Assembly: GCA_014800685.1 (NCBI GenBank) | Contig: JAAVFQ010000015.1 | Span: 15,767-79,766 of the forward strand | Reading direction: 5' to 3' | DNA from: Bacteroidales bacterium | GTDB taxonomy: Bacteria; Bacteroidota; Bacteroidia; Bacteroidales; Muribaculaceae | Length of the DNA: 64,000 nt | Shown here: positions 30,493 to 41,733 of the stretch, piece after piece | Layout: each line of letters starts with the position of its first letter | How positions within the stretch are numbered: the stretch's first letter is position 1 | The notes under the pieces: generated by a model | What the model was told of the DNA's origin: nothing | Seen by the model: only the letters and a program-made list of their open reading frames with translations | Database searches by the model: none | Position numbers and translations under genes: made by a program

Positions 30493-31550
30493 CAGTATCT
30501 CCAGTCAAGAGTATCGAAAAATGACCTGTCCGGCCTATTTTCAGTATCATATCTTAGGTTTTCCCCTTCAAGGAAAAGAGCAGAAGGAGTGTTATTGGTA
30601 AATAAATTACCGGTGCCGAGACCCTGAGGTCCTTTCGCTCCAATGTAAGAAGTCCACTGAGAAATCGCGGATAATCCCACGTTTGATTCAAGAGCAGACG
30701 TCACCCACCATCCGGCTCCTCTTTCTTCAGCTAAATCTATCCATTCCGTAGCTCCGGAGAAGCCACCGCAAAGAGCCGGTTTAAGAATGACGTATTGCGG
30801 TTTTATCGTGTCGAGAAGTCTCTTCTTCTCTGCGGTGTCGCTTATTCCAATCAGTTCTTCATCGAGGGCAATGGGCACAGGACTCAACTCACACAGTTTC
30901 GCCATCGCTTCCCAATTACCTTTCGCTATAGGCTGTTCTATAGAGTGAATTCCAAAATCGGCAAGCCGGTTGAGTTTGATCATAGCATCTTCTACAGAAA
31001 ATGCGCCGTTGGCATCCACTCTAAGCGTCACTTCATGTTCACTATATCTGCTTCTTATCCCATTCAGAATTGCCATCTCCTTTTCCCAGTCAATAGCTCC
31101 TATCTTCAGCTTGATGCAGTGAAATCCGTCTTTTAACTTCTCTTCAAGTCTATCCATCATCTCCTTCTGAGTGCCCATCCAGATGAGACCATTGATAGTT
31201 ATTTCAGACTGGCCTTCAGTAAACTTCGATGGATAATATATCCCGTTACATTTGTTGGAATAATCGAGGATAGCCTGTTCAAGCCCGAACTGCACGGAAG
31301 AATGTTTTGAAAGATCAGTTGGCGCCCCGATAGCCACGTTTGCAGCGAGTTCCAGAAACTTGTAGGGCAATGACTCATTAGCTTCAGGCGAAAGATTAGG
31401 AAAGACGGCAGCCTCCCCGATGCCATAGACATCAGGGACGCTTTCGTCATAAATTTTTACAAATACTGTCGGCTTGGTGAGCATGACGCCCCTTGAAGTG
31501 CCGGCAGGTTGCTTGAAATCAAGAATATATGGAGCAAACGCCAGACGCAT
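30492..31550 (-). CDS. menC: O-succinylbenzoate synthase (enolase superfamily)
   Basis: KLKIG, RVDANG, IEQP, ALDEEL, ILKP, SALES. Confidence 0.88.
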   Translation of the reverse strand: MRLAFAPYILDFKQPAGTSRGVMLTKPTVFVKIYDESVPDVYGIGEAAVFPNLSPEANESLPYKFLELAANVAIGAPTDLSKHSSVQFGLEQAILDYSNKCNGIYYPSKFTEGQSEITINGLIWMGTQKEMMDRLEEKLKDGFHCIKLKIGAIDWEKEMAILNGIRSRYSEHEVTLRVDANGAFSVEDAMIKLNRLADFGIHSIEQPIAKGNWEAMAKLCELSPVPIALDEELIGISDTAEKKRLLDTIKPQYVILKPALCGGFSGATEWIDLAEERGAGWWVTSALESNVGLSAISQWTSYIGAKGPQGLGTGNLFTNNTPSALFLEGENLRYDTENRPDRSFFDTLDWRY

Positions 31551-31596
31551 AATTTCCTAAGAATCTTTGAAAATCAATTGAAAAGGGAAGTGGCTT

Positions 31597-32412
31597 TCAG
31601 GGGAATTTGGGGAATTGATCAAAGTCTGGATCGCGCTTTTCAAGGAAGGCGTTTTTACCCTCCTGAGCCTCCGCCATCAGATAATACATGAGAGTGGTGT
31701 CTCCGGCAAACTCCATGATACCGTGTTGTCCGTCGAGTTCTGCATTCAGCGCACGCTTGATCATTCGGATAGCCATTGGAGAACGTTTCAGAATGGTACG
31801 ACACCACTCCACAGTCTCCTCTTCAAGGCGTTCAAAGGGTACGACTTTGTTTATCATCCCCATCTCAAGCGCCTCTTCAGCCGAATATTGTTTGCAGAGA
31901 AACCAGATCTCTCTCGCCTTTTTCTGTCCTACACAGCGGGCAAGATAAGAGGAACCAAAGCCGGCATCGAAACTACCCACCTTGGGGCCAGTCTGACCGA
32001 AACGTGCATTATCTGAAGCAATGGAGAGGTCACAGACCACGTTTAGCACATTGCCGCCTCCTATGGAATATCCATTGACCATAGCTATCACCGGCTTAGG
32101 GAGAGAACGAATGGCTTTGTGAAGATCAAGAACGTTGAGTCTCGGCACGCCATTGTCATCAATGTATCCGCCTACACCCTTTACATTCTGGTCACCTCCT
32201 GAGCAGAAAGCCTTGTCGCCTGCACCGGTAAGAATCACCACGCCAATATCGTTGCGCTCGCGACAAATATTCATGGCGTCAAGCATTTCAGAATTGGTAA
32301 GAGGGCGGAAGGCATTGTAGACTCTCGGTCTATTTATTGTTATTTTGGCAATTCCTTCAAATTGCTCAAAAAGAATATCTGTATATTCTTTAATAGGTTT
32401 CCAATCAAACAT
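31597..32412 (-). CDS. menB: 1,4-dihydroxy-2-naphthoyl-CoA synthase
   Basis: [39 protein letters not shown]. Confidence 0.97.
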   Translation of the reverse strand: MFDWKPIKEYTDILFEQFEGIAKITINRPRVYNAFRPLTNSEMLDAMNICRERNDIGVVILTGAGDKAFCSGGDQNVKGVGGYIDDNGVPRLNVLDLHKAIRSLPKPVIAMVNGYSIGGGNVLNVVCDLSIASDNARFGQTGPKVGSFDAGFGSSYLARCVGQKKAREIWFLCKQYSAEEALEMGMINKVVPFERLEEETVEWCRTILKRSPMAIRMIKRALNAELDGQHGIMEFAGDTTLMYYLMAEAQEGKNAFLEKRDPDFDQFPKFP

Positions 32413-32426
32413 ATATCTATTCGTTT

Positions 32427-34130
32427 TTATTTTTCTTCTCTCTTCATAAACGCTTTAAGGATTTCCCCACTTTCATTTCCCGGTGCCATAACTTCAAGAA
32501 TGGCCGGGCCATCCGTGATTCGAAATAACTGCCTCAGGGATGTAGTCAGCGACTCTTCATCATGCGCTCTCAGATACTTATATCCCACTCCTCGAGAAAT
32601 GGATTCCACATCAATTCCCGGAGCCACACTGAAATATTTCTCTCTACTATCTAATTCTGATGTAGACTTTATGAAGCGAAATATTCCCCCTCCCGAATTA
32701 TTTATCAGTATTATCTTGAAACTATCGGGAACTTCTTTTATAGTCAGTGCGGAAAGGTCGTAGGTAAAAGACATATCACCTGTTATCAGGATAGTTGGTC
32801 GCTCAGTAGCTCGCGAGGCTCCGACAGCAGTTGATGTGCAACCGTCTATTCCGCTCACCCCACGATTGCAATGCGTGGAATGATAGGGAGTAGAAGCAAG
32901 AAGCTGATTATATCTCACGGGGGTTCCATTGGAAAGCTGGAGATTTATACCATCCGGAAGTGCTTTGAAAATCTGATGAAAAATTTTCAATTCAGACCAG
33001 TCCCCGGCTGATATAAAAGTTTCTGCGGATTCTTTTGCTCTGGTTCTATATTGATGCCAAAGAGAATTATAAGATGATTTAAAGGGGCGTCGGCTTAAAT
33101 TGTTGTATAATTTTCTCAGCAGATAGCCAGGCTCAATTTCAATTCTCTTAGTGAGCAGTCTAAGACAATCCACAGTTGTGCGATGGTGACCAATAGACCA
33201 ATGCTCCGGCCTATCCTCCGAGTCTCCAAGTCCTCTCAGATATTCTTTAAGTAGTCTGGAGACAAGAGCACCCCCAAGCGTTATTATAATGTCCGGGCGC
33301 AGAGTCATCTTTTCTGAAGCGGAGAGAGTTGAAAGCACTTTATCTATGCTGTAACATTCAGGCTCGAGATAAAGGTTGGATAGCGTTTCTGCCATTACAG
33401 CAACGTTAGGCAAAGAGGCAAAGCGCGAAACAGCTGACTGCAATTTATGGTCAGGCTCCATGAATCCCGCTATAAGTAGAACTCTTTTATCCGCAAGCGT
33501 GTCGGCAAGTATCTTAATTATAGAATCATCAAGCTTCTGAGCAGCCCCGACTTCAGAAATTATCCTTTCTTCTACCTGCTGAAAATCACCTGTTTTCCCG
33601 AGCGGTTCACGAAGTTGCACATTAATATGCACCGGACCCGGCACGGCTCTTACGGCTTCAATAACGGCGTCGTTGACAGTACGATTCACAAACCAGCAAA
33701 AGTCCTTAGTGGCACATTCCTTTTCAGGGATGTCATAACTCCTCTTCACCACATTTTCCAGACATCTGAATTGTCGGATAGTCTGTGAATCGTCTTGATC
33801 TATCCATTCAAAAGAGCGGTCGGCTGTCAGAGCTATCAGCGGGACTCCACGGTAATAAGCTTCCGAGAGGGCAGGGGCATAATTTAAAGGGGCAGACCCC
33901 GAAGTGCATATAAGGGCCACCGGCCTGCGCGATATCTCACAAAGACCGAGGGCATAAAAGGCAGCTGCTCTCTCATCTATTACCACATGTTTCCTGAGAC
34001 TCTCTTCGGCATCTGCGGCAAGGATAAGAGGCGTATTCCTGGACCCCGGAGAAATAACAACATCTTTCACTCCGGAACGCGTCAGAACATCAATTATTAT
34101 GCGGCAAGCCGTCTTCTCAGTTGTCTTCAT
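32427..34130 (-). CDS. menD: SEPHCHC synthase
   Basis: [48 protein letters not shown]. Confidence 0.95.
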   Translation of the reverse strand: MKTTEKTACRIIIDVLTRSGVKDVVISPGSRNTPLILAADAEESLRKHVVIDERAAAFYALGLCEISRRPVALICTSGSAPLNYAPALSEAYYRGVPLIALTADRSFEWIDQDDSQTIRQFRCLENVVKRSYDIPEKECATKDFCWFVNRTVNDAVIEAVRAVPGPVHINVQLREPLGKTGDFQQVEERIISEVGAAQKLDDSIIKILADTLADKRVLLIAGFMEPDHKLQSAVSRFASLPNVAVMAETLSNLYLEPECYSIDKVLSTLSASEKMTLRPDIIITLGGALVSRLLKEYLRGLGDSEDRPEHWSIGHHRTTVDCLRLLTKRIEIEPGYLLRKLYNNLSRRPFKSSYNSLWHQYRTRAKESAETFISAGDWSELKIFHQIFKALPDGINLQLSNGTPVRYNQLLASTPYHSTHCNRGVSGIDGCTSTAVGASRATERPTILITGDMSFTYDLSALTIKEVPDSFKIILINNSGGGIFRFIKSTSELDSREKYFSVAPGIDVESISRGVGYKYLRAHDEESLTTSLRQLFRITDGPAILEVMAPGNESGEILKAFMKREEK

Positions 34131-35091
34131 TTACAATGAATTGTTCAGGGGTATATCCTAAAAGAAATGCAGAAGCCGGCATCCTTTTCTTGCCTGAGGG
34201 CTGCAGTTCTAACAACTCAATATACATATCTGCACAAGCGACATAAAGGTGGCCATCTGAGATCCTCACACAACCGGGGTATGCATCATCAGCTTTCATA
34301 TCGGTAAGAGATGTAGAAAAGACCTTTATCTCCATAGGCGCATGAGACGCCATTCTTGCACTGCAACGGGCACCCGGATAGGGAGACAGTCCTCTGACTT
34401 GGTTATGAATAGATTCAGCCTTATTATTCCAATGCAGGATGCAGTCTTCCGCAAAAATTTTGGGAGCAGGAGTGTATTCTCCGGAGGGCTGAGGAGAGGA
34501 TGTCACACTTCCATCAAATATTTTGTCTACGGTGCTCACGACCATGCCGGCACCGAGTTTCATAAGACGGTCATAGACTGTGCCTACATTATCTTCGGGG
34601 AGTATCTTTATCTTTTTCTGTTCGATAATATCTCCGGTGTCTATCTCGTGCTGGAGGAAAAAGGTAGTGACTCCCGTTTCGGTGTCGCCATTCATCACAG
34701 CTCTATTAATTGGAGCGGCCCCACGATATTTCGGCAGTAGTGATGCGTGGAGATTAAAAGTGCCGAGCGGTGGCATCTGCCATACTGATTTTGGAAGCAT
34801 CCTGAAGGCAATTATCACGAAAAGGGAGGCGTCTATCTCCCGAAGTTCTTTTAGAAAATTCTCATCTTTGAGATTGACCGGCTGAAGGAGTCTGAGACCT
34901 TTGCTTACTGCATATTTCTTGACATCACTTTCTATAAGCTTATGACCTCGCCCGGCTATCTTGTCCGGCATGGTCACCACAGCCGCCACATTATGCCCCG
35001 TTTCTAAAAGTGCATTTAAAGACTCCACGGCAAACTCCGGAGTTCCGAAAAAAACTATCTTATTGTTTTCTGTATGACTCATATTATGCAA
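34117..35091 (-). CDS. fmt: Methionyl-tRNA formyltransferase
   Basis: FFGTPEFA, VTMPDK..GRG, NLHASLLPKYRGAAP, EIDTGD. Confidence 0.96.
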   Translation of the reverse strand: MHNMSHTENNKIVFFGTPEFAVESLNALLETGHNVAAVVTMPDKIAGRGHKLIESDVKKYAVSKGLRLLQPVNLKDENFLKELREIDASLFVIIAFRMLPKSVWQMPPLGTFNLHASLLPKYRGAAPINRAVMNGDTETGVTTFFLQHEIDTGDIIEQKKIKILPEDNVGTVYDRLMKLGAGMVVSTVDKIFDGSVTSSPQPSGEYTPAPKIFAEDCILHWNNKAESIHNQVRGLSPYPGARCSARMASHAPMEIKVFSTSLTDMKADDAYPGCVRISDGHLYVACADMYIELLELQPSGKKRMPASAFLLGYTPEQFIVNEDN

Positions 35092-35116
35092 GTGAGAAAT
35101 GTAGTTGGATTCTTAC

Positions 35117-36916
35117 TTATTCATCACAATAGTGTCTGAGCACACTGCGGTAAGAATTAAATATTTTTGATTTGGACACAAATCCGATATATTTCCCATT
35201 ATCCACCACCGGAAGATTCCAGGCATTCGTCTTATCGAATGTCTCCATTACTTTTTCCATGGGCTCCGTTATCTCGATGCAGGCAGGTGGCCTTGACATA
35301 AATCGGCTGACGTGCATTTTCTTGTAAAGGTCAGGACGAAACATTATGTTTCTTATGTCATCAAGCAGCACGATACCCTTCAGCATCCCTTCGCTGTCGG
35401 TAACCGGGAAGAGATTACGGTTGCTCTGAGCCACAATATCTACCATCTCTTTTAGCGTCATCTCCGGGTGAACCTCCCGAAACTCCCTTTCTATAAGGCT
35501 ATCCACTTTTAAAAGTGTCAATACAGACTTATCTTTCTGGTGAGTGAGAAGGTCACCCTGCTTTGCCAGACGCATCGTATAGATACTATACGGCTCAAAT
35601 AGTCTTATAGTCATATAAGAAAGTGTGGATACTATGAGCAAGGGGAGAAAGAGATTATATCCACCGGTCATCTCAGCTGTAAGGAATATTGCCATAAGTG
35701 GAGCGTGCATCACGCCGGCCATCACGCCGGCCATTCCCATTAGGGCGAAATTTTTATTCGATATATCACCTCCCACACCGAAATGATTAAGTATAAAGGC
35801 AAAAAGAAATCCGCAGAGAGCCCCTACGAAAAGGGAGGGAGCGAATGTGCCGCCGACACCACCGGCTCCATTTGTGCAACTTGTGGCTATTACCTTGGTA
35901 AGAATTACAGCACCGATAAAAAGAGTTATCATAAGGAAATCATTCCTTTCCAGATAGAAAGGCGAGCCATCCATCACAGAGGCCACATCGCCATCCAGTA
36001 GTTGATTGATGGCCTCGTAACCCTCACCATAGAGCGGAGGCATGAGGAAGATCAGAATAGCAAGTGCTATTCCACCGATGGAAATCTTGAGCCAACGCTG
36101 ATTGATCAGACTGAAGAAATTCTCCATCATATTCATCATGCGGGTGAAATAAAGAGATATAAACCCACATACTATTCCGAGCAGAATACTGTACGGAATT
36201 TTTCTTGTAAAGAAGGGCTCGCTTTGTGAGAAGAAGAATTCCGAATCATATCCCTCCAGCACATAAGCCACAGTAGCTCCCGTAATGGACGAGATAAGAA
36301 GAGGCATCACAGTAGCCCCCGTGAAGTCTATCATGAGCACTTCAAGCGTGAAAAGCATTCCTGCAATCGGAGCGCGGAATATGCCGGCAATGCCGGCAGC
36401 GGCTCCACATCCACAGAGTATCATCAGCAACTTGGGAGACAATCTGAACGCCTGTCCAATATTAGAACCGATAGCGGCACCGGTGAAGACTATCGGGCCC
36501 TCGGCTCCCACTGACCCGCCGAAGCCTATAGTTATAGAGGAGGCCACAAGAGAGGCATACATATTTCTTGGCTTCAGTCTTGACTTTCGTCGTGAGATCG
36601 CAAACAGCACTCTTGTGACGCCGTGCGAGATATTATCTTTTACCACAAAGCGAACAAAGAGAGTGGTAAGCACAATACCGATTACGGGATAGATGAGATA
36701 AAGATAATTGGCGCCGTAAGTTATCACATGACTTGTGAGGGCATGTGATATAAGATGAATGAGAAATTTAAGCAACTGAGCGGCAAGGCCTACTATCACT
36801 CCCACAGCAAGCGATAGTATGATGACCAGTGTGCGCTGCTTTATATGCCTGGATGACCAGTCAATGACCGTCATCCACCATTCCGTAAATCTATTATGTC
36901 GTTCCTTATATGCCAT
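35117..36916 (-). CDS. ClC-family chloride channel/antiporter with CBS pair
   Basis: GGSVGAEGP, GEGYE, GGVGGTFAP, C-terminal CBS domains; likely start 36916. Confidence 0.92.
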   Translation of the reverse strand: MAYKERHNRFTEWWMTVIDWSSRHIKQRTLVIILSLAVGVIVGLAAQLLKFLIHLISHALTSHVITYGANYLYLIYPVIGIVLTTLFVRFVVKDNISHGVTRVLFAISRRKSRLKPRNMYASLVASSITIGFGGSVGAEGPIVFTGAAIGSNIGQAFRLSPKLLMILCGCGAAAGIAGIFRAPIAGMLFTLEVLMIDFTGATVMPLLISSITGATVAYVLEGYDSEFFFSQSEPFFTRKIPYSILLGIVCGFISLYFTRMMNMMENFFSLINQRWLKISIGGIALAILIFLMPPLYGEGYEAINQLLDGDVASVMDGSPFYLERNDFLMITLFIGAVILTKVIATSCTNGAGGVGGTFAPSLFVGALCGFLFAFILNHFGVGGDISNKNFALMGMAGVMAGVMHAPLMAIFLTAEMTGGYNLFLPLLIVSTLSYMTIRLFEPYSIYTMRLAKQGDLLTHQKDKSVLTLLKVDSLIEREFREVHPEMTLKEMVDIVAQSNRNLFPVTDSEGMLKGIVLLDDIRNIMFRPDLYKKMHVSRFMSRPPACIEITEPMEKVMETFDKTNAWNLPVVDNGKYIGFVSKSKIFNSYRSVLRHYCDE

Positions 36917-36936
36917 ATAGTGATTAAAGACCGGAA

Positions 36937-38346
36937 TCATACGCCCAGCCCTGAAAGTACAGTTTTGATAGTGTAAATAATGATTTTGCAATCTACAAGA
37001 ATACTCATATTCTGAAGATATACCAAATCGAACTGAGCACGGCGCACCATGTCAGGAATATTGCTGGCATAACCGAATTTCACCATTCCCCATGAAGTAA
37101 TTCCCGGGCGCACCTGATGAATCATATTATAATAGGGGGCTTCTTTCACTATCTGCCTGATGAAATATTCTCTCTCAGGCCTGGGTCCGACGATCGACAT
37201 CTCTCCCTTGAAAACATTCCAGAATTGTGGAATTTCATCAAGGCGATATTTCCTCAGGAATGCGCCCACTTTTGTCACTCGTGGATCTTGCGCTGAGGAG
37301 AGCGCTGGCCCATTGACTTCCGCATTTACATGCATTGTACGGAATTTCAGTATCTCAAAGGGCTTACGCCGAAGACCTATTCTGGTCTGACGATAAATAA
37401 TGGGTCCGGGAGACGATATTCTAACTGCCAAGGCTGTTAAAGCATATACCGGAGAGAGCAAAATCATCGTGACTCCGGAGAAAAGCACGTCAATAGTGCG
37501 TTTAATATTTTTAGTGGATTCACTTATCCGAGGGCTGGAAAGCTCTACAAGAGGCTCACCATATATATCATTAAGATGAATGCCGTAAGTGACGTATGAA
37601 AAGGTGGCTGGAGCTATTTTCACCGATACCGGAAGGGTATAAAGCCGGCTCAGCAAATCAAGGAGTCTGACGTCATCGAATGAGTCGGGAGAAATAATAA
37701 TCTGCGAGACTCCCAGCTCAACAGCCTTTTTCTCAATGTCGATAAATGAAATCCCCTTGGTATCATATTTTGTCTCTCCGGGAATATCTACAAAGCCTAC
37801 TACATCATATCCCATTAATGCCACGCTGTTTCTGAGTGAGTCTGCAGTGTGGTGCGCTGAGGCTGAATTGCCTATAATCAGTGTTTTAAAAGATATCTGA
37901 TGTCTTTTTATTTTCCTGATCGACATAGAGGTTAGCATCCATCTGCCGCTATAAGGAAGAAGAAATAGCAGACTGCCAAGCACTACAAGAAGATAGAAAT
38001 TGGTAGTGAGCAGCTTTCCCATATCATTTGTCAGGAAGATGAGGAAGAAGAGAAGAGTGTTGATAATGGCCGAGGCCATTGTTGTCACCAATTCCTGAAG
38101 CCTTGACTTATTGAAGGGATGATTATAATATCCCGAAAGCCAGTAGACGCCGAGCATAATTATGGGGAGCAACCATGTTTCAGCAATCAGCTGGCGTTGA
38201 AAAATATAGTTTTCTACACCGCGAAGCCCAAGACGTGAAAGATCAAGCGTATAGTATCTAAAGATATTAAAGACAAGCAGAGCAATGCCCGATGTGATGT
38301 AATCGGACACAACATATTTTAGTCTCTGTTTGGCCTCTGCTGTCAT
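36937..38346 (-). CDS. Polyprenyl glycosylphosphotransferase (WcaJ-like sugar transferase)
   Basis: N-terminal TM segments; KRTIDV, KFRTM, DPRVT, RLDEIPQF, GPRPE, PGITSWG. Confidence 0.92.
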   Translation of the reverse strand: MTAEAKQRLKYVVSDYITSGIALLVFNIFRYYTLDLSRLGLRGVENYIFQRQLIAETWLLPIIMLGVYWLSGYYNHPFNKSRLQELVTTMASAIINTLLFFLIFLTNDMGKLLTTNFYLLVVLGSLLFLLPYSGRWMLTSMSIRKIKRHQISFKTLIIGNSASAHHTADSLRNSVALMGYDVVGFVDIPGETKYDTKGISFIDIEKKAVELGVSQIIISPDSFDDVRLLDLLSRLYTLPVSVKIAPATFSYVTYGIHLNDIYGEPLVELSSPRISESTKNIKRTIDVLFSGVTMILLSPVYALTALAVRISSPGPIIYRQTRIGLRRKPFEILKFRTMHVNAEVNGPALSSAQDPRVTKVGAFLRKYRLDEIPQFWNVFKGEMSIVGPRPEREYFIRQIVKEAPYYNMIHQVRPGITSWGMVKFGYASNIPDMVRRAQFDLVYLQNMSILVDCKIIIYTIKTVLSGLGV

Positions 38347-38368
38347 GTTAACTTCTGATGGGAACTTC

Positions 38369-38938
38369 TTACTTCCGTATTATCTTTATGACACCGTTAT
38401 TACGAACCTTTATTATCGAGGATGGCTTGGCAGATAATTTTTCATCTCTGCGATATTCAGCCACGTAATCTGCATTTTCAAGTATCTCGCCGGTGATTTC
38501 AGTAAATAGGGCCGGAGAGGGTGCCCCACTGATATTTGCAGATGTAGATACTATGGGACGTCTCAGACGCTTGCATAATTCGGCGCTGTATTTTTCGTGA
38601 GTTATTCTCATGGCTGCAGACCCGTCCTCAGCTATAAGCTGTGGAGCAAGACCGAGAGGGGAGTCATAAATAATGGTCAGAGGAGCCACAGCGGCCTCTA
38701 TTAGCATCTCTGCTGCCTCGGGGAATACCATAAGATACCGCTCGAGCATGGCATCGTTATTCACCAAGGAGATACATGCCTTTGCTTCACATCTCTGTTT
38801 AAGAGCATAAAGTTTGCTCACTGCTTTCTCATTAGTGGCATCACACCCTATACCCCAGATAGTGTCAGTGGGATAGACGATTATTCCTCCGTTCCTGAGT
38901 GTTTCTACAGCACTCTTTATGTCTTCTTCAAATGTCAT
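38369..38938 (-). CDS. tsaC: L-threonylcarbamoyladenylate synthase (Sua5/YrdC)
   Basis: YPTDTIWGIGCD, STSANISG. Confidence 0.93.
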   Translation of the reverse strand: MTFEEDIKSAVETLRNGGIIVYPTDTIWGIGCDATNEKAVSKLYALKQRCEAKACISLVNNDAMLERYLMVFPEAAEMLIEAAVAPLTIIYDSPLGLAPQLIAEDGSAAMRITHEKYSAELCKRLRRPIVSTSANISGAPSPALFTEITGEILENADYVAEYRRDEKLSAKPSSIIKVRNNGVIKIIRK

Positions 38939-39020
38939 CTTAAGATGTGTAGATGGTTATTATCATGGCTGACTTCATTTTTCAAAAATCTGTCAGACGA
39001 AACTTGATGGGAATTTTCTT

Positions 39021-39052
39021 CAAAGTTAGATAAATTCGCATAGAAATGCAAA
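39021..39052 (-). promoter_or_regulatory. Promoter for tsaC-sugar transferase-ClC-fmt-men genes
   Basis: TTTG (39052-39049) - 20 nt - TAACTTTG (39028-39021), directly after the nadE stop. Confidence 0.75.
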
Positions 39053-40990
39053 TTACTGTTCCAAACTTTCAAGCCACAATCTTGCCGATGCATCACTTGG
39101 CATACGCCAGTCTCCGCGCGGAGAGAGACATACGGATCCTACTTTGGGCCCATCAGGCATACAGCTTCTCTTAAACTGCTGACTGAAGAATCTTCGGTAG
39201 AAGGTCAGTAACCAGTGATGAATGGTTTCCGGTGAATAAACTGATTCGAAAGCCTTTATGGCAAGTGCCTCAATCTTTTGCGGCGAAAACGCATAGCGCA
39301 AAACGTTGAAAAGGAAAAAATCATGAAGCTCGTATGGCCCTACCAAGTCTTCAGTCTTCTGCTCAATGCTACCATCGGGATTTGCCGGAATTAATTCCGG
39401 ACTGATGGGAGTGTCAACTATATCGCGCAGGCAGTCTCTAAGGGCTTTGTCATCTACGGATTCTGCCACACAGCTCACGAGATGACGCACAAGAGTCTTA
39501 GGCACTGAAGCGTTTACACCGTACATGGACATCTGGTCGCCATTGTACGTGCACCAGCCGAGAGCTAGCTCTGAGAGGTCTCCTGTGCCGAGCACCATGC
39601 CATTCACTTTATTGGCATAATCCATCAGTATCTGCGTGCGCTCTCTTGCCTGACCATTCTCGTAGGTGACGTTGTGGATATTGATGTCATGTTCAATGTC
39701 TTGAAAGTGTTGGGACACTGAAGGAACTATAGAAATCTCTTTGCCGCTTACCCCAAGCCTTTTTATCAGCATTAGGGCATTCTGATAGGTTCGGTCTGTA
39801 GTGCCAAATCCCGGCATTGTAATAGCATGAATCCCCTTGAGATCAAGTCCGAGACTCTTGAATGCTCTATGTGCCACGAGAATGGCAAGCGTAGAATCAA
39901 GTCCGCCAGATAAGCCCACTACCAGATTTTTACAATTTGTCACGGACAGTCTCTGCTCAAGTCCTGCCGATTGTATCTCCAGGATCTCCTCGCAGTGTTC
40001 GAATAATCGTTCTTTAGAGGATGGGACGAAGGGATGGGCATCTATCGGCCTCTTGATGTCGGGCACACTCTCTGCAATCTTATTTTCGTTATATGAAGTG
40101 CGGATAAGAATGCAATTATTGTGATGAATTGAAGCACAGTCACCGAAGGAGGACGTATTGCGACGTTCATTTCTTAAGCGCTCTACATCAATATCTGCAA
40201 AGACCATTCTTTCCCCTTTTAAGAATCTTTCTGAATGGGCTAACACGACTCCATCCTCAGCTATTATGGCATTGCCGGTATAAACAAGGTCTGTAGAAGA
40301 CTCTCCACGACCTGCTGAGGCATATACATATCCGCATCTGCAGGCGGCAGACTGATGCTTGATTAAAGACATCAGATATGAATGTTTGCCAATGAGTTCG
40401 TTTGTGGCTGAGAGATTGGCAACTATATCTGCTCCGCACATCGAGGCAAATGAAGAGGGGGGAACCGGCGCCCATAAATCCTCACAAATTTCTGCCGAGA
40501 TTTTCACTCCATCCTTTTCGATAAGCAGATTTGTGCCGAATGGATAGTTTTGTCCGCAAATAGCTATTTCCGGCGAATGATTATCTGAAGCAGAAAAGAA
40601 CCATCTTTTTTCGTAAAACTCATTAGTATTCGGAAGGAATGTCTTTGGAGTCACGCCCAGGATCTTTCCGTCCGCTAAATATACCGCGCAGTTATACAGT
40701 TTATTGTCTGAGCATAAGGGCGCGCCGATTATAGCAATCATATCCTTGCCTGCCGTCTGCTTTGCAAGCGAGGTTATATTCTCTTCTACTTTGTCAAGAA
40801 GTAGAGTCTGCCTAAAGAGGTCTGCGGGAGTATATCCGCTGATGGATAGCTCCGGAAAGACAGCCAATTTGCAGCCGGCTTCTGCCAGTGATTCAAGATG
40901 CCGGCATATTTCTTTGCAATTATACTCCACATCGCCGGGCCTGACATCCGGAGAACAGGCACCTACTCTGAAAAATCCGTATTTATTCAT
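39053..40990 (-). CDS. nadE: Glutamine-dependent NAD(+) synthetase
   Basis: Nitrilase domain (FPELSISGY, EFYEKRWF, EICEDLW) plus GLSGGLDST, ENGQARERT, MPDGPKVG. Confidence 0.96.
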   Translation of the reverse strand: MNKYGFFRVGACSPDVRPGDVEYNCKEICRHLESLAEAGCKLAVFPELSISGYTPADLFRQTLLLDKVEENITSLAKQTAGKDMIAIIGAPLCSDNKLYNCAVYLADGKILGVTPKTFLPNTNEFYEKRWFFSASDNHSPEIAICGQNYPFGTNLLIEKDGVKISAEICEDLWAPVPPSSFASMCGADIVANLSATNELIGKHSYLMSLIKHQSAACRCGYVYASAGRGESSTDLVYTGNAIIAEDGVVLAHSERFLKGERMVFADIDVERLRNERRNTSSFGDCASIHHNNCILIRTSYNENKIAESVPDIKRPIDAHPFVPSSKERLFEHCEEILEIQSAGLEQRLSVTNCKNLVVGLSGGLDSTLAILVAHRAFKSLGLDLKGIHAITMPGFGTTDRTYQNALMLIKRLGVSGKEISIVPSVSQHFQDIEHDINIHNVTYENGQARERTQILMDYANKVNGMVLGTGDLSELALGWCTYNGDQMSMYGVNASVPKTLVRHLVSCVAESVDDKALRDCLRDIVDTPISPELIPANPDGSIEQKTEDLVGPYELHDFFLFNVLRYAFSPQKIEALAIKAFESVYSPETIHHWLLTFYRRFFSQQFKRSCMPDGPKVGSVCLSPRGDWRMPSDASARLWLESLEQ

Positions 40991-41016
40991 TTTACCTGAA
41001 TGGTCTGTATAGGTGT

Positions 41017-41700
41017 TTATCTATGCCTACAAGCTTGTTTATTTAGCAGATTACACAAGATATCAGCCACACGGATGGCTGCTCCCTCAAAGTCAATATT
41101 TTGGCCTAATTCTTTTTCCATAGAAGTCACACCCTTATCCTGAAAGCCGCAGGGATTAATCAATGAAAAATAGTTGAGGTCTGTATTGACATTAAGAGCC
41201 AGCCCGTGCATTGTGACGAAATGGCTGCATTTTACCCCTATGGCGCAAATCTTTCTCTCTCGCGGAGTCCCCTTATCAAGCCACACTCCGGTGGCTCCTT
41301 CCACTCTTTCACCCTTTATATTATATTCCGCAAGAAACTGAATTATCGTCTCTTCAAGCAAATTTACATAATCTTTTACACCGAGCGAATATTCGGCAAG
41401 TGAGATGATAGGGTAGAGCACCAACTGTCCCGGGCCATGAAATGTAATATCACCTCCTCGTTCTATGCGGATACACTCTGCACCGGCATTGCGCAGTCTT
41501 GCCTCGTCTGCCAGAAGGTTTTCCTCCTTTCCATGCTTCCCGAGGGTATAAACGGGATTATGCTCAACTATAAGAAGATGTTCCGACGGATACTCCTCTT
41601 TATTCCGCACCTGCTCTATAAGATTATTGAAATAACGCTGTTGCTTCTCCCACATGGGTCTATAATCACAGCGTCCGCAATATTCTATCTCAATCATCAA
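41017..41700 (-). CDS. lipB: Lipoyl(octanoyl) transferase
   Basis: EHNPVYTLGK, RGGDITFHGPGQ, KICAIG, HGLALN, INPCG. Confidence 0.96.
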   Translation of the reverse strand: MMIEIEYCGRCDYRPMWEKQQRYFNNLIEQVRNKEEYPSEHLLIVEHNPVYTLGKHGKEENLLADEARLRNAGAECIRIERGGDITFHGPGQLVLYPIISLAEYSLGVKDYVNLLEETIIQFLAEYNIKGERVEGATGVWLDKGTPRERKICAIGVKCSHFVTMHGLALNVNTDLNYFSLINPCGFQDKGVTSMEKELGQNIDFEGAAIRVADILCNLLNKQACRHR

Positions 41701-41733
41701 AAAAAATATAATTACCGGGAGATTATAATTCCA

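Noticed and set aside
29533-34130. men operon lacking menF, menH and menA, with a short MenE
   Set aside because: Split men loci and short MenE are usual in Bacteroidales, and the missing genes may lie elsewhere
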